Positions 32,988 through 44,200 of a DNA stretch of 64,000 nucleotides are shown one piece after another (within the stretch, counting starts at the first letter, position 1; each line of letters starts with the position of its first letter). The notes under the pieces are model-generated. The model worked only from the letters and a program-made list of their open reading frames with translations, was not told the origin of the DNA and ran no database searches. Origin of the DNA: an uncultured cyanobacterium (lineage in GTDB: Bacteria > Cyanobacteriota > Cyanobacteriia > PCC-9006 > JAAUQQ01). The position numbers and the translations under genes were made by a program. The stretch is taken from assembly GCA_963718615.1 (NCBI GenBank), contig OY970368.1, positions 2,688,001 to 2,752,000 of the forward strand, in the 5' to 3' direction.

Positions 32988-34130
32988 CTAGGCCAATGCT
33001 TGACCGGGCCACAGCAATCCCGAGGGCTGTTGCTGCGTTGCACAATGGAACGAGCCGCCGCCTGTAATCAGCCCTTGGGAAGGAATCCCGATCACCTCCC
33101 GAGGGGTGATGTCTAGCCCCTGAGGATTGCGCCAGTACCCTCGCAAAATCTCCAAGGCTTGCTCGTCATTTGGGTCATCATAGGTGGGTACCAATACCAC
33201 CCCGTTAGCGATATAAAAATTGGCATAGGTCAGCGGCAATCGTTCTCCCTGATACTCCATCCGTTTCTGGGGCAAGGGCAGCGGTATGACCGTTAAGCCC
33301 TGACCCTGCCGATCGCGATACTGCTGGAGCAATTCTAGGTTGGCTTGCAGGGGGGCAAAATTAGCATCCTCGGGAGCTTCGCAGAGGGAGGTGACAACGG
33401 TGCGATCGCCCACAAATCGCGTGATCGTATCAATATGACCATCCGTGTGGTCCCCCTCTAGCCCCTGCTCTAGCCAAAGGACCTCATGAATCCCCAAATA
33501 GTCTCGCAAATAGGCTTCGAGATCGGCCTGGGAGCATTGCGGATTGCGCGAGGTCGCCTGCAAGCATTGGCGGGTGGTGAGACAAAGCCCTTGGCCATTG
33601 ACCTCCAGCGCGCCTCCCTCCATAACGATGCCGGGATGAAAGAGTTGCAGACTGAGTAAGTCCGCCAGATGTTGGGGAATTTGATTATCGATCTCCGCCG
33701 GAAAGCGATTGCCCCAGGCATTAAAGATCCAATTCACCGCAGCGACTTGTTGGGCCGCATTCTTAACAAAAATGGGTCCACTGTCCCGCAGCCATAAATC
33801 GTGATTGGGGATCAGATGAAAGGCGATCGCCCCCGACTGCTGCGCTGCCTCAGAGAGAAACTTTTGGGCATTGGCCAAGATGGCTTCATCATGGACCAAA
33901 ACCCGCACCGGTTCAAACTCCGCCAAGCGATTCAAAAACAGGGCGAACTCGCTTCTCGCCAAATCTAAACCTGCTCCAAACCAATCATCCGCATCCCGAG
34001 GCCAGACGGTCCAGGTGGCTGCATGGGGATGCCATTCAGCGGGCTGAGCGAATCCTAGCTGGAGCGGTGTTGGGGGCAACGAAGGGGCGGCAGGGTAGGG
34101 CAAGGCGGTCATAACAAACGGAGAATTCAA
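32988..34130 (-). CDS. agmatine deiminase-family protein
   Basis: PAEW.PH, W.RD.GP, EGG, DHTDGHID, GG.FHC.TQQQP; start may be ATG 34112. Confidence 0.93.
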   Translation of the reverse strand: MNSPFVMTALPYPAAPSLPPTPLQLGFAQPAEWHPHAATWTVWPRDADDWFGAGLDLARSEFALFLNRLAEFEPVRVLVHDEAILANAQKFLSEAAQQSGAIAFHLIPNHDLWLRDSGPIFVKNAAQQVAAVNWIFNAWGNRFPAEIDNQIPQHLADLLSLQLFHPGIVMEGGALEVNGQGLCLTTRQCLQATSRNPQCSQADLEAYLRDYLGIHEVLWLEQGLEGDHTDGHIDTITRFVGDRTVVTSLCEAPEDANFAPLQANLELLQQYRDRQGQGLTVIPLPLPQKRMEYQGERLPLTYANFYIANGVVLVPTYDDPNDEQALEILRGYWRNPQGLDITPREVIGIPSQGLITGGGSFHCATQQQPSGLLWPGQALA

Positions 34131-34235
34131 ACCAATCGATTATGACAGCTCAGGAATCGGCTGATGCCTGTCCTGATTTTTGTCTTCTGGGTTAGAAATA
34201 GAAAGAAAGTTAGATTCGCTCAGGGGTCTTTATCC

Positions 34236-37200
34236 ATGGCTGTGATTACGATTCGGGAAAAGGCAACCACGGATTCTGATTTTACGGCGGTGGTGAGTTT
34301 TGATGGTCAGGTCGAGTACCCGGTCTCAATCAGCGATCCGTTTGCGGAACGGCCCAATCAGGAAAAGGAGCTGGAGTGGTATTTCGAGGGCTGGCTGCGG
34401 ATGCCGATGCTGGATACCACCATTGCGGAGCGGGCTGCGGCGAGCGTTGCGACCTATGGGGAACGTTTGTTCCAGCAGGTTTTCAAGGCGAATGCGGATG
34501 CCTATGCGGACTACCGAGGGTTGCGCAATCAGCTCAGCCAAGTTCAAATCGAGATTCAGGGCAGTTCTCCGGCGTTTCAGGCGTTGCATTGGGAGGCGCT
34601 GAAGGATCCGGATTTGCCGCGCCCGTTTGTGGTGGATGCGGTGATGTTGCGCAAGGATGTGCGGCCCAAGAGCAGCCGGGTGACGATGCAGCCGTCGCCG
34701 GTGATTAATTTGCTGGTGGTGACGGCGCGGCCCGATGAAGAAAAGGATGTGGGCTACCGGACGATTTCTCGGCCCCTGATCGAGGCGATTCAGCAGGCAC
34801 AACTACGGGTGAATGTTGAGCTGCTGCGTCCGGCGACGTTCCGGGCGCTGAGTGAGCATTTGCAGGAAAAGGGCGAGGGGTTTTATCACATTGTCCATTT
34901 TGATGCCCATGGCGGGTTGATGACCCACGGGCAGTTTCAGCAAGGGGTGGAGCGGAACCGCTATCTCTATCAGGCGCGCTATGGCCGCAGCGATCTGCAA
35001 CCCTATGAGGGGGTGAAGGCGTTTTTGTTTTTGGAAGGGGATAAGGCGGGGGAGGCGGACCCGGTGGAGGCGTCGGAATTGGCGGAGCTGCTGACGGGTA
35101 AGGGCGTGCCGGTTTGTATTCTGAATGCCTGCCAGTCTGCCAAGCAGGAGGGGCCGGTGGAGACCAGTCTGGGCAGTCGGCTGATGGCGGCGGGGATGCA
35201 GATGGTGGTGGCGATGGGTTATTCGGTGACGGTGACGGCGGCGCAGATTTTGATGGAGAAGCTGTACGCCAAACTGTTTGAACAGAAGGGGATGGCGGAG
35301 GCGATGCGGCTGGGGCGGCTGGAGCTGTATAACCGCAAGGAGCGGCGGGCCTATTTTAATCAGATGATTGATCTGGAGGATTGGCTGTTGCCGGTGGTTT
35401 ATCAGAACCGGACGGTGGAGCTGAATCTGCGGGAGTTTTCGCCCCAGGAGGAGAATGCCTATTACGAGGCGCTGGGGCGTCAGTTTCAGTTTGGCGTGAA
35501 TTTTAAGGGAGCGACCTATGGGTTTGTGGGTCGGGATTTGGAGATTCTCAAGATTGAGCGGGCGCTGCTGCGGCACAATGTTTTGCTGCTGCGGGGCATG
35601 GGCGGAACGGGGAAGACGACGCTGCTGAATTATCTGCGGGAGTGGTGGCAGGGGACGCGGTTTGCCCAGGAGATTTTCTATTTTGGCTATGACGAGAAGG
35701 CATTTACGCTGGAGCAGATTGTCTTTGCCATGGGTCAGCAGATCTACAGCCCAGCGGATATGTTGTCGTTTCAGGCGATGGGGCTGGTGGCGCAGGTGGC
35801 GAAGCTGAGTGCGAAGCTGAAGGCAGAGCCGTTTGTGTTGATGTTGGATAATTTGGAGTCGGTGACGGGGCAGGCGTTGGCGATTCAGAATACGTTGCCG
35901 CTGGCGGAGCAGGAGAAGATTCGGGATTTTCTGGCGCGGCTGGTGGGGGGCAAGACGCGGGTGCTGTTGGGCTCGCGCAGTCCGGAGGATTGGCTGAAGA
36001 CGGTGTATGGCGAGAATGTCTATCCGTTGCGCGGGTTGGATCAGGAGTCGCGGACAGTGTTGGCGGAGAAGATTTTGGCGCGGCAGGTGAAGGATGGGGG
36101 GCGGATTGAGCAGATTCGGGTGGATGCGGAGTTTGGGCGGTTGATGACGCTGTTGGCGGGGTATCCGTTGGCGATGGAGGTGGTGTTGGCGAATTTGGCG
36201 CGGCAGTCGCCTGCTGAGGTGTTGGCGGGGTTGGATGGGGCGGATGTGGATTTGGATGGGGGGAGCGGAGCGGGGGCGGCGGCTGGGGGGCAGGACAAAA
36301 CAACCAGCATTTTGAAATGTGTGGAGTATTCTCACAGTAATTTGTCGCCGGAGGCGCAGCGGTTGCTGTTGTGTTTAGCTCCGTTTCGGGGGTTTATTTT
36401 TCGGGATGCTTTGCCGCAATATGCTGCGCAGTTGAAGCAATTGGATGCGTTTTCGGATTGGGATTTTGGGCTGCTGGAGGGGGCGGTGCAGGAGGCGATG
36501 GATTGGGGGTTGCTGTCGCCGATTTCTGAGGAAACAGATCGGTTGTTGCGGATTCAGCCGGTGTTTCCCTATTTTTTGCGGACGAAGCTGCGGGAGCTGG
36601 ATGAAGAGGTTCAGGCGGCGCTGCGGGAGGGGTTTAAGAATCACTGTCGGGGGTTGGCGCAGTCTTATTTTCAGTTAATGACTTCGAAGGAGGCACAGGA
36701 GCGGCAGCTTGGGATTTTCTTCTGTCGGTTGGAGTATGAGAACTTGTATGCCGCATTGGAAACTTGTCTAACGCAGCAGGAAGAATTTTCGATTTTTCGC
36801 TGTCTCGATCAGTTTTTAGATCTTTCCGGTGATGTTCAATCGCGATTGGTGCTGTGCCAGCTCGTTTGTGAACAGGCTGGAAACTATCCCGCCGAGCAAT
36901 GCCTGGGTGAACGGGCAACTGATATCGCTGAAGCCTTATTGAAATTGGGAAATTGTTATTACAAAGCCCAGCAATACGAAACTGCTCAAGAAGCGTATCA
37001 GCAAAGTATTGAAATCCTGAAGCAATCCGGCAATCGCCAAGACTCAGCCACGGTCTACCACCAGTTGGGAATCGTCGCCCAGCAATTGCGCGAGTATGAG
37101 GAAGCCCGCCGCAACTATCAGCAGGCGCTGGAAATCTTTGTTGAATTTGGCGATCGCTACTCCCAAGCCAGCACCTACGGCCAGTTGGGAACAGTTGCTC

Positions 37201-37994
37201 TGGAATTGCGCGAGTATGACGAAGCCCGCCGCAACTATCAGCAGGCCCTCGAAATCTTTGTCGAATTTGGCGATCGCTACACCCAAGCCCGCACCTACCA
37301 CCAGTTGGGAAGGGTCGCCGAGGAATTGCGCGAGTATGACGAAGCCCGCCGCAACTATCAGCAGGCCCTCGAAATCTTTGTCGAATTTGGCGATCGCTAC
37401 ACCCAAGCCAGCACCTACCACCAGTTGGGAATCGTCGCCGAGGCATTGCGCGAGTATGACGAAGCCCGCCGCAACTATCAGCAGGCCCTCGAAATCAAAG
37501 TCGAATTTGGCGATCGCTACACCCAAGCCAGCACCTACCACCAGTTGGGAAGCGTCGCCCAGAAATTGCGCGAGTATGACGAAGCCCGCCGCAACTATCA
37601 GCAGGCCCTCGAAATCAAAGTCGAATTTGGCGATCGCTACGAGCAAGCCAGCACCTACGGTCAGCTCGGCCTCCTAGCTGCAGCCCAAGAAAACTACACC
37701 GAAGCCGGTCGCGCTCTGCTCCAAGCCCTAGAAATCTTCGCTGAATTTAACGATCAACATTCAGTTGCCCAGACCATTCAAAACCTCAACCGCCTCTACC
37801 AAACCACCCAAGACGCAACCCTCCTCACCGCCGCCGCCCAACTCCTCAACACCACCCCAGACGAACTCAAAGCCGCCCCGACGCCTTCCGCACAAACCAT
37901 CCTCACCCGCACCCAAGGCAGCTGGGGCCAGAAAACTCGTGAGGAAATCGACGCTCAAATTGCACAACAGCGGCAACAGGACTGGGGAGAATAA
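34236..37994 (+). CDS. CHAT (caspase-like) protease - NB-ARC/STAND NTPase - TPR protein
   Basis: HIVHFDAHG and LNACQS dyad; GMGGTGKTT Walker A, LMLDNLE Walker B, GYPLAM; C-terminal TPRs; ATG 34236. Confidence 0.9.
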   Translation: MAVITIREKATTDSDFTAVVSFDGQVEYPVSISDPFAERPNQEKELEWYFEGWLRMPMLDTTIAERAAASVATYGERLFQQVFKANADAYADYRGLRNQLSQVQIEIQGSSPAFQALHWEALKDPDLPRPFVVDAVMLRKDVRPKSSRVTMQPSPVINLLVVTARPDEEKDVGYRTISRPLIEAIQQAQLRVNVELLRPATFRALSEHLQEKGEGFYHIVHFDAHGGLMTHGQFQQGVERNRYLYQARYGRSDLQPYEGVKAFLFLEGDKAGEADPVEASELAELLTGKGVPVCILNACQSAKQEGPVETSLGSRLMAAGMQMVVAMGYSVTVTAAQILMEKLYAKLFEQKGMAEAMRLGRLELYNRKERRAYFNQMIDLEDWLLPVVYQNRTVELNLREFSPQEENAYYEALGRQFQFGVNFKGATYGFVGRDLEILKIERALLRHNVLLLRGMGGTGKTTLLNYLREWWQGTRFAQEIFYFGYDEKAFTLEQIVFAMGQQIYSPADMLSFQAMGLVAQVAKLSAKLKAEPFVLMLDNLESVTGQALAIQNTLPLAEQEKIRDFLARLVGGKTRVLLGSRSPEDWLKTVYGENVYPLRGLDQESRTVLAEKILARQVKDGGRIEQIRVDAEFGRLMTLLAGYPLAMEVVLANLARQSPAEVLAGLDGADVDLDGGSGAGAAAGGQDKTTSILKCVEYSHSNLSPEAQRLLLCLAPFRGFIFRDALPQYAAQLKQLDAFSDWDFGLLEGAVQEAMDWGLLSPISEETDRLLRIQPVFPYFLRTKLRELDEEVQAALREGFKNHCRGLAQSYFQLMTSKEAQERQLGIFFCRLEYENLYAALETCLTQQEEFSIFRCLDQFLDLSGDVQSRLVLCQLVCEQAGNYPAEQCLGERATDIAEALLKLGNCYYKAQQYETAQEAYQQSIEILKQSGNRQDSATVYHQLGIVAQQLREYEEARRNYQQALEIFVEFGDRYSQASTYGQLGTVALELREYDEARRNYQQALEIFVEFGDRYTQARTYHQLGRVAEELREYDEARRNYQQALEIFVEFGDRYTQASTYHQLGIVAEALREYDEARRNYQQALEIKVEFGDRYTQASTYHQLGSVAQKLREYDEARRNYQQALEIKVEFGDRYEQASTYGQLGLLAAAQENYTEAGRALLQALEIFAEFNDQHSVAQTIQNLNRLYQTTQDATLLTAAAQLLNTTPDELKAAPTPSAQTILTRTQGSWGQKTREEIDAQIAQQRQQDWGE
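37047..37665 (+). repeat. 120-bp (40-aa TPR) tandem array, about 5 near-identical units
   Basis: TTGCGCGAGTATGA[CG]GAAGCCCGCCGCAACTATCAGCAGGC recurs every 120 bp; each unit contains a HIP1 site. Confidence 0.95.
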
Positions 37995-38000
37995 AGCCCG

Positions 38001-38144
38001 ATGAAATATCTGTTCGACAGCAATATCCTGATCTATCACCTCAACGGACAGCTCAATCAGCGGGGAATTGACCTCGCAGCCCATGCCCTCGGCAATCCGC
38101 ACCGCCTCCAAACTCGCCAATTGAAGCGTTGTAGCCAAAGTTGA
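38001..38144 (+). pseudogene. truncated PIN-domain (VapC-like) toxin
   Basis: MKYLFDSNILIYHLNG is a typical PIN N-terminus (D.N.LI); similarity is lost after about 28 aa and the ORF stops at 47 aa. Confidence 0.7.
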
Positions 38145-38599
38145 AGCCGTTTTATGAGGCGATCGCGCCCCATCTTTTTCGACCCCTGCTTATATAACGT
38201 CAGCCACAACCCCTCCGCTTCAGTATCCATCCAGATCTGGTCCCCATCCACCGCACAGGGTAAAGGCACCACCCGTCGAAAGCGGCTATAGCAAAAGCCC
38301 CGTCCCGGCAAAATCCCCAGACTTTGGATGAGTCGTCGCTGTTCACCGGTCAAAACCACGCTATCTGATAAAACCTCGACCTGAACAGCCTCAGGGTTTA
38401 CACCGGGCAATTGGAAAAAAATAATCACCCTATCTGGGGTTTCGCTCCACTCAATGCCTGCCAACGCCTCGACCTGACTGACACAGTTTCCGCCCTGAAG
38501 GGAATGGAGCGTCCGAAAGACTTGATTGAGCGGTTGACCCATGATGTCATCCCAGACCATTCCCCTTTGCCAGCGATTAAACCCCATACCCACCTCCAT
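38057..38599 (-). CDS. Hsp20/alpha-crystallin family protein (divergent)
   Basis: ETPD....QLPGV.P....VEV....V.L.GE, Y.RF.R..PLP..VD, G.L.LTL.K. Confidence 0.7.
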   Translation of the reverse strand: MEVGMGFNRWQRGMVWDDIMGQPLNQVFRTLHSLQGGNCVSQVEALAGIEWSETPDRVIIFFQLPGVNPEAVQVEVLSDSVVLTGEQRRLIQSLGILPGRGFCYSRFRRVVPLPCAVDGDQIWMDTEAEGLWLTLYKQGSKKMGRDRLIKRLQLWLQRFNWRVWRRCGLPRAWAARSIPR

Positions 38600-38976
38600 C
38601 CCAGCTTGCGCCAGGTTTGCTGCTCCTATGGTGCTGGATCGGCGGGAAATCGAGGGTAGGGAAGCCCTACCTGGGGCGATCGCTTTCCCCTACAAAGAGG
38701 AAGTTTGAAGGGATTCTGCGGTCCATCAATCGGCAAATAAATCAGAGAACAAATCAGAGAAAAATCGGTACTTGAATCAACACTTAAAGCAACGCTTGAA
38801 AGCCTTCAAAAATCTTCTTTGCCGAATAAACCTACCATCAAGCTGGTTTGGATTTATCGCAAAGTTATCAATGGACGAACTACTCCGAATATATACTGAA
38901 GCAGAGTTGGCAGTAGGGTGCTGTAAGAGAAGAGGCATAGGGTTGCACTATTCTGTACAATTTGGCGAAAAGATTC

Positions 38977-39663
38977 ATGACGACTCAAATTCTCACCCGT
39001 TTTGTTGATGAGAAAAATGGGACTTCCCTCTCGACTGAGCTACGCAGAAAGCGTTTTGAGCGATTTCGAACCCTCTTTGAGAGCTTACCAAAAATAGAAA
39101 ATAAACCGATTACGATTCTTGATGTAGGGGGACGAGTCACGACTTGGGAACGGGCTGGTTTTAGTCAGTATTCAAGTCAGCAAATTCAGATTACTATTCT
39201 CAATACAGAATCCGTTGTATCTCGTTACCCTCATATTCAGGTCATTTCTGGCGATGCTCGCCACATGCCAGAGTTTGCAAATCAGTCCTTCGATGTCGTG
39301 TTTTCTAACTCCGTGATTGAACATGTCGGGGATTTTGCCGATCAAACCCGAATGGCGGAGGAGATTCGGCGAGTGGGCAAACGCTATTTTCTGCAAACTC
39401 CGAATCGCTACTTTCCCATCGAACCTCACTTTCTGTTTCCCGGTTTCCAGTTTTTGCCGATCGCGCTCAAAATTAAGCTCATTCAAAGTTTTAATCTAGG
39501 TTGGCGGCCTAAAACACCGGACTATGAAGCTGCCAGCGAACTTGCGCGCAGCGTTGAGCTTTTGAGCAAAGGCCAGCTTGCCAAGCTTTTTCCCGGTGCC
39601 AAGATTTATGCGGAAAAATTTGGAGGTTTGAATAAGTCCTACATGGTCTGTGGCGGCTGGTAA
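38977..39663 (+). CDS. class I SAM-dependent methyltransferase
   Basis: ILDVGG, GDAR.MP.F....FDVVFSNSVIEHVG, QTPNRYFPIEPH. Confidence 0.88.
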   Translation: MTTQILTRFVDEKNGTSLSTELRRKRFERFRTLFESLPKIENKPITILDVGGRVTTWERAGFSQYSSQQIQITILNTESVVSRYPHIQVISGDARHMPEFANQSFDVVFSNSVIEHVGDFADQTRMAEEIRRVGKRYFLQTPNRYFPIEPHFLFPGFQFLPIALKIKLIQSFNLGWRPKTPDYEAASELARSVELLSKGQLAKLFPGAKIYAEKFGGLNKSYMVCGGW

Positions 39664-39667
39664 AAAC

Positions 39668-40846
39668 TTAGGTCTGCGGTACAACACTGACCCGAGCAGC
39701 AGCCGCATTCGCTTTTTGGCGAGCCTCTGCTTCGGTCTTGCCCCTGGCTAAGGCAACCCCCATACGGCGATAGGGTCGGGCATCAGGTTTGCCAAAAATG
39801 CGGAGATCTACGCCCGGCTCTGCCAAGGCTTCCCCTAGGCCACTGTAAGCCACCGAGGACATTTCCTCCGTTGCTAAAATTACACTGCTGGCCGCAGGCC
39901 CGAACTGTTCAATGACCGGAATGGGTAACCCCAAAACCGCCCGCAGATGCAGCTCAAACTCATTCAGATTTTGGGAAATTAACGTCACCATACCCGTGTC
40001 ATGGGGACGGGGGGAAAGCTCTGAGAAAATGACCTCATCCTTGGTGATAAAAAATTCAACCCCAAAAATTCCGGCTCCCCCCAGGGCATCGGTGACCGAG
40101 CGGGCGATCGCCTGGGCCTCCTGTTCCTGGGCCAGACTCAAACCGCAGGGTTGCCAAGACTCTTGATAGTCTCCCCGCTCCTGGCGATGGCCAATGGCTG
40201 GACAAAACAGCGTCGGTCCTTGCCATTGGCGAATCGTCAACAGCGTAATCTCTAGCTCAAAGTCAATGAATTCTTCAACAATCACCTTCTGCGTATCCCC
40301 TCGAGCCCCCGCCACTGCGTAGTCCCAGGCGCGATCGCAATCTGCCGCCGTGGCCACGACCGATTGTCCTTTGCCTGAAGAGGACATCACGGGTTTGACT
40401 ACATTGGGGAAACCGATGGTCTCGCTCATGGTTTTGTAGGCTTCTCGGCTGGTGGCGTAGGCGTACCGGGCGGTTCGTAATCCCAACTCCTGGTGGGCTA
40501 GATCGCGGATGCGATCGCGATTCATCGTATAGTCCGTTGCCTTTGCCGTAGGAATCACCGTAATTCCCTGGGCCTCAAACTGCTGTAGCTTTTCCGTTCG
40601 AATCGCTTCCACCTCCGGAATAATATAGTCGGGCTGGTGCCGCTGTACCACCTGCTCTAGCGCTTCGCCATCGAGCATAGAGATAACTTCACAGGCATCC
40701 GCTACCTGCATGGCCGGAGCATTGGGGTAGCGATCGACAGCGATAACGGTTTGGCCCAAGCGCTGGGCTGCAATGACCACTTCTTTCCCTAACTCTCCAG
40801 AACCTAGCAGCATCAGTTTTTGGGGGAAGAGAGAAGGCATAGACAT
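39668..40846 (-). CDS. purT: formate-dependent phosphoribosylglycinamide formyltransferase
   Basis: [41 protein letters not shown]. Confidence 0.97.
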   Translation of the reverse strand: MSMPSLFPQKLMLLGSGELGKEVVIAAQRLGQTVIAVDRYPNAPAMQVADACEVISMLDGEALEQVVQRHQPDYIIPEVEAIRTEKLQQFEAQGITVIPTAKATDYTMNRDRIRDLAHQELGLRTARYAYATSREAYKTMSETIGFPNVVKPVMSSSGKGQSVVATAADCDRAWDYAVAGARGDTQKVIVEEFIDFELEITLLTIRQWQGPTLFCPAIGHRQERGDYQESWQPCGLSLAQEQEAQAIARSVTDALGGAGIFGVEFFITKDEVIFSELSPRPHDTGMVTLISQNLNEFELHLRAVLGLPIPVIEQFGPAASSVILATEEMSSVAYSGLGEALAEPGVDLRIFGKPDARPYRRMGVALARGKTEAEARQKANAAAARVSVVPQT

Positions 40847-41296
40847 AAATCAAATTCAAAGAAATTAGCGGTCTCATTTATTATCCGATGCCTGAGTTTT
40901 TTTGCCAATTAAGTGTAATTAGTCAAACTCTGACAAGTCGTAATCTCACTGACTCGACAGACGCGATTGAGAGTGAAGCATGAAATATTCATCCGATAGA
41001 GAAATCGATCAATTTAGATTGAAAGAACAGCAATTCTGAAATTCATGTAGGGAAGAATTGATATATTTACCAAAAACATTCTTCTTCACTGAAGCTCAGA
41101 TCAGATCACTGTAAATTCGATACAAAAATAAAATTAGATCATGACTTTAAAGATTACATATAGATCATTCAATCCTCTGGGTTTTCTAGGAAGTTCATGG
41201 GAAAAGTTAAAGGATAATCCTGCAAAAATTCTGCAAAAAACCTGCCGAACGTCCATAAGCTCCGACTCCTACTGATATTCATATTCTTGTAAAATT

Positions 41297-44200
41297 ATGT
41301 CTACACTTCGCTTTGAAGCAGAAGATCTCAAGCTTTCTACGTTTCGTGTCGAAGAAAATAGTTTTGCCTCTGGCGGAGAACTTATTAGCCTTCTCAAGGG
41401 TGCAGCAGGTGAACAGGGAAAAGCCTTACTCACGCTGGATTTTGATGGAACCTACGATGTTTTCTTAGGATATTACGACGAAAGCAGCGGCAAGGGTCAA
41501 ATGGGAGTAAAGCTCGATGGTCAAACCCTGGACTATTGGGTACTCAACAAAAATTTGGGATTGGGCACAACGGAGCAAACCTTTCTACGCCGACAAATCC
41601 TAACCGCCCAAGCACTATCCGCAGGTCAGACGTTTGAAATTCGGGCGCTTGAAAAAGATAACGAACCTATTCGGTTTGACTACATTGAATTTGTTTCAGT
41701 AGATCAACCCGAACCGACACCAACCCCAACCCCAGCTCCAACCCCAAATCCCCAACCGATCCCAACTCCCGAACCGACGCCGACTCCTACACCAACGCCT
41801 GAACCATCCCCAACCCCAATAGCAACTATCCCGGTTCGGCTGGAAGTAGAACAGATGGCACTGTCGGGGTACAGTGTCGAATCCCATCCGATCGCCTCTG
41901 GCAATAAAATGGTCAGCCTCAAGGGCCAAACGGCAGGCGCGATTGGAATTGCTCGTCAAACGCTTGATTTCTCAGGAACCTATGATATTTATCTAGGTTT
42001 CTTTGATGAAAATGATGGCCAATCAACCTTCACGCTCAAACTAGGCAATCAGGAAATTGGTTCCGTCTTGCTTGATCAAGACTTTGGTACCGATTGGGTC
42101 AATGCAAATAATCAAGTCCGTCGCCAAGTTGCAACCGGACAAATCATTAACGCAGGCACTGTCCTTGAAATCTTGGGTACGCTCAACGAAGGAGAATATG
42201 CCAGGGCAGATTACATTGAATTTATCCCAGTTGCTGGAGGAATGACCCCAGAGCCCACGCCAGAACCAGAACCAACGCCCGTTCCTGAGCCCACGCCCAC
42301 GCCAGAACCGGAGCCGACGCCCGTTCCTGTGACTTTAAACCCAATTCGATTTGAGGCCGAAGACTTAACGCTTAGTACCTACCGTGCACAATCGTTAGGC
42401 GTGGGCTCTGAGGGGAAAATCATTAGTTTTACGGGAGGAGCAGCGAATGAGCGAGGCACAGCCAAGACAACCCTTACCTTGGATGGTGTTTACGATATCT
42501 TTTTGGGCTATTTTGACGAAGCCGATGGCAAAGCCCAGATGTCTGTTTCGCTCAATGGCAGTAAGCTCAAGTATTGGTCCTTAAACCAAAAACTTAGCGG
42601 CGATGAGCCTAACTCGGGCAACTTTATTCGGCGGCAGTTGGCAGATGCCTCTGTCATTACGCCAGGTACGGCACTAGAAATTTTTGGCTTAGAAAATGAG
42701 GGTGACAGCGCCGCTGTAGACTACATCGAATTTGTCCCCGTAGATTTGTCAACCCGTCCTGGTCGGTTGGCTCTTAGTCAGACAAGCTACATTGCCAATG
42801 AAAATGGCAGTGCCCAGATTACGATTGATCGAATTGCAGGAACCGGCGGAACCGTTAGCGCAACGCTTGAGCTCACAGGCGATACCGCGACTGCGGGGGT
42901 GGACTTTGTGGCTAATCCCATTGCCATTACCTTTGCTGATGGCGAAACTCGCAAAACTGTTAATCTACCTTTGATCAATGACAATCTTGCAGAGTTTGCT
43001 GAGCGCATTCAGTTAAAGCTGGTTAGTCCTACTGGAGGTGCAACTCTAGATGCACAATCAACCGCAACCTTTACAATTGTCGATGATGAAGAAAATCTAG
43101 AGCCCAGACTCTATATCGATAGCGCTAAAATTGCTGAAATTAAGGCTGCCATCCAAGTCGATGGTTCTCACCATCAGCAAGCCTTCGCAGCAATGAAAGC
43201 ACGGGTAGATCAAAATGATTGGCGGATTTATGACGAGAATCTGAGCGATAATAATAACAATTATGCTCGCACTTGGTTAGCACGGGAAGCCTCTTTTCTA
43301 TATCAAATCACCAACGATCCAAGCTACGCCCAAATTGCCTTCCAAGCCCTCGAAGCAGTTTATACGAATCCCGACTTTGACAATGTCAATCTCCAGTCCG
43401 ATAAAGGTTTGACGCGGGCGATGGTGGGGTTGGGATTTGCGATCGCCTACGACTGGGCCGCCAAGGGTTGGACACCGGAGCAACGGGCTTGGGTGAAGGG
43501 CAAAATCATTGAGGGATTAGATACCTGGCCCAGCTTTAGTCACCCCAACGTGCGGCCTCCGTACCATTCCAATTGGGTCGCTGTGACACGGGGGGCTGAG
43601 CTGGTGATGATGCTGGCCGTGGAAGAAGAAACCAATCGAGCCGATCGCTACACCAACATCAAAAGCGATCTGGAGCAACACATTCTGAATGGCTATGGGG
43701 AGTATGGCTATAACCAAGAGGGCAATGGCTATTTGACCTATGGCGGTAGCATTCTAGCCACAGCGGTCAATGCTTTGCGCAGCGTCGGCGATCAAAGCCT
43801 AGACTCGGCTTTTAACGCTAAAGAGTTTTGGAAACTGCCGCTCTACGGTTCGGTTTATAATGCTGAGCAAGATTCCGTCCAGTATGGCGTTGGCAATGTG
43901 CGATTCAATGCCGAAGGGTGGACAAGCCTTTTGTTTGCGGATGTGCCCGCTGACCAATTGCCCTACTATCAGTTTGCCTACGACTTGGCTCGTGGGGTCA
44001 ATAATCCAGCGGATCCCAGCCAAAAATTTGAGGACAAACGAGCTGCGACGACCTGGGCTTTGATCTACTATCCCACCGACAGCACTCCGGTTGACCCTGA
44101 TAACGGTAACTTGAGTCCGCTGTTGGCTAGTGAAGACCAAGGGGGATATTTTTTCCGCAATCGTTGGCAGGATGAGAATGACACCATTATTTCAGTTTTG

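Noticed and set aside
34803-36335. 510-aa antisense ORF (also 35704-36303)
   Set aside because: Shadow of the CHAT-NB-ARC gene; the strong G/T bias removes antisense stops and the product is low-complexity (Q/H/P/R-rich).
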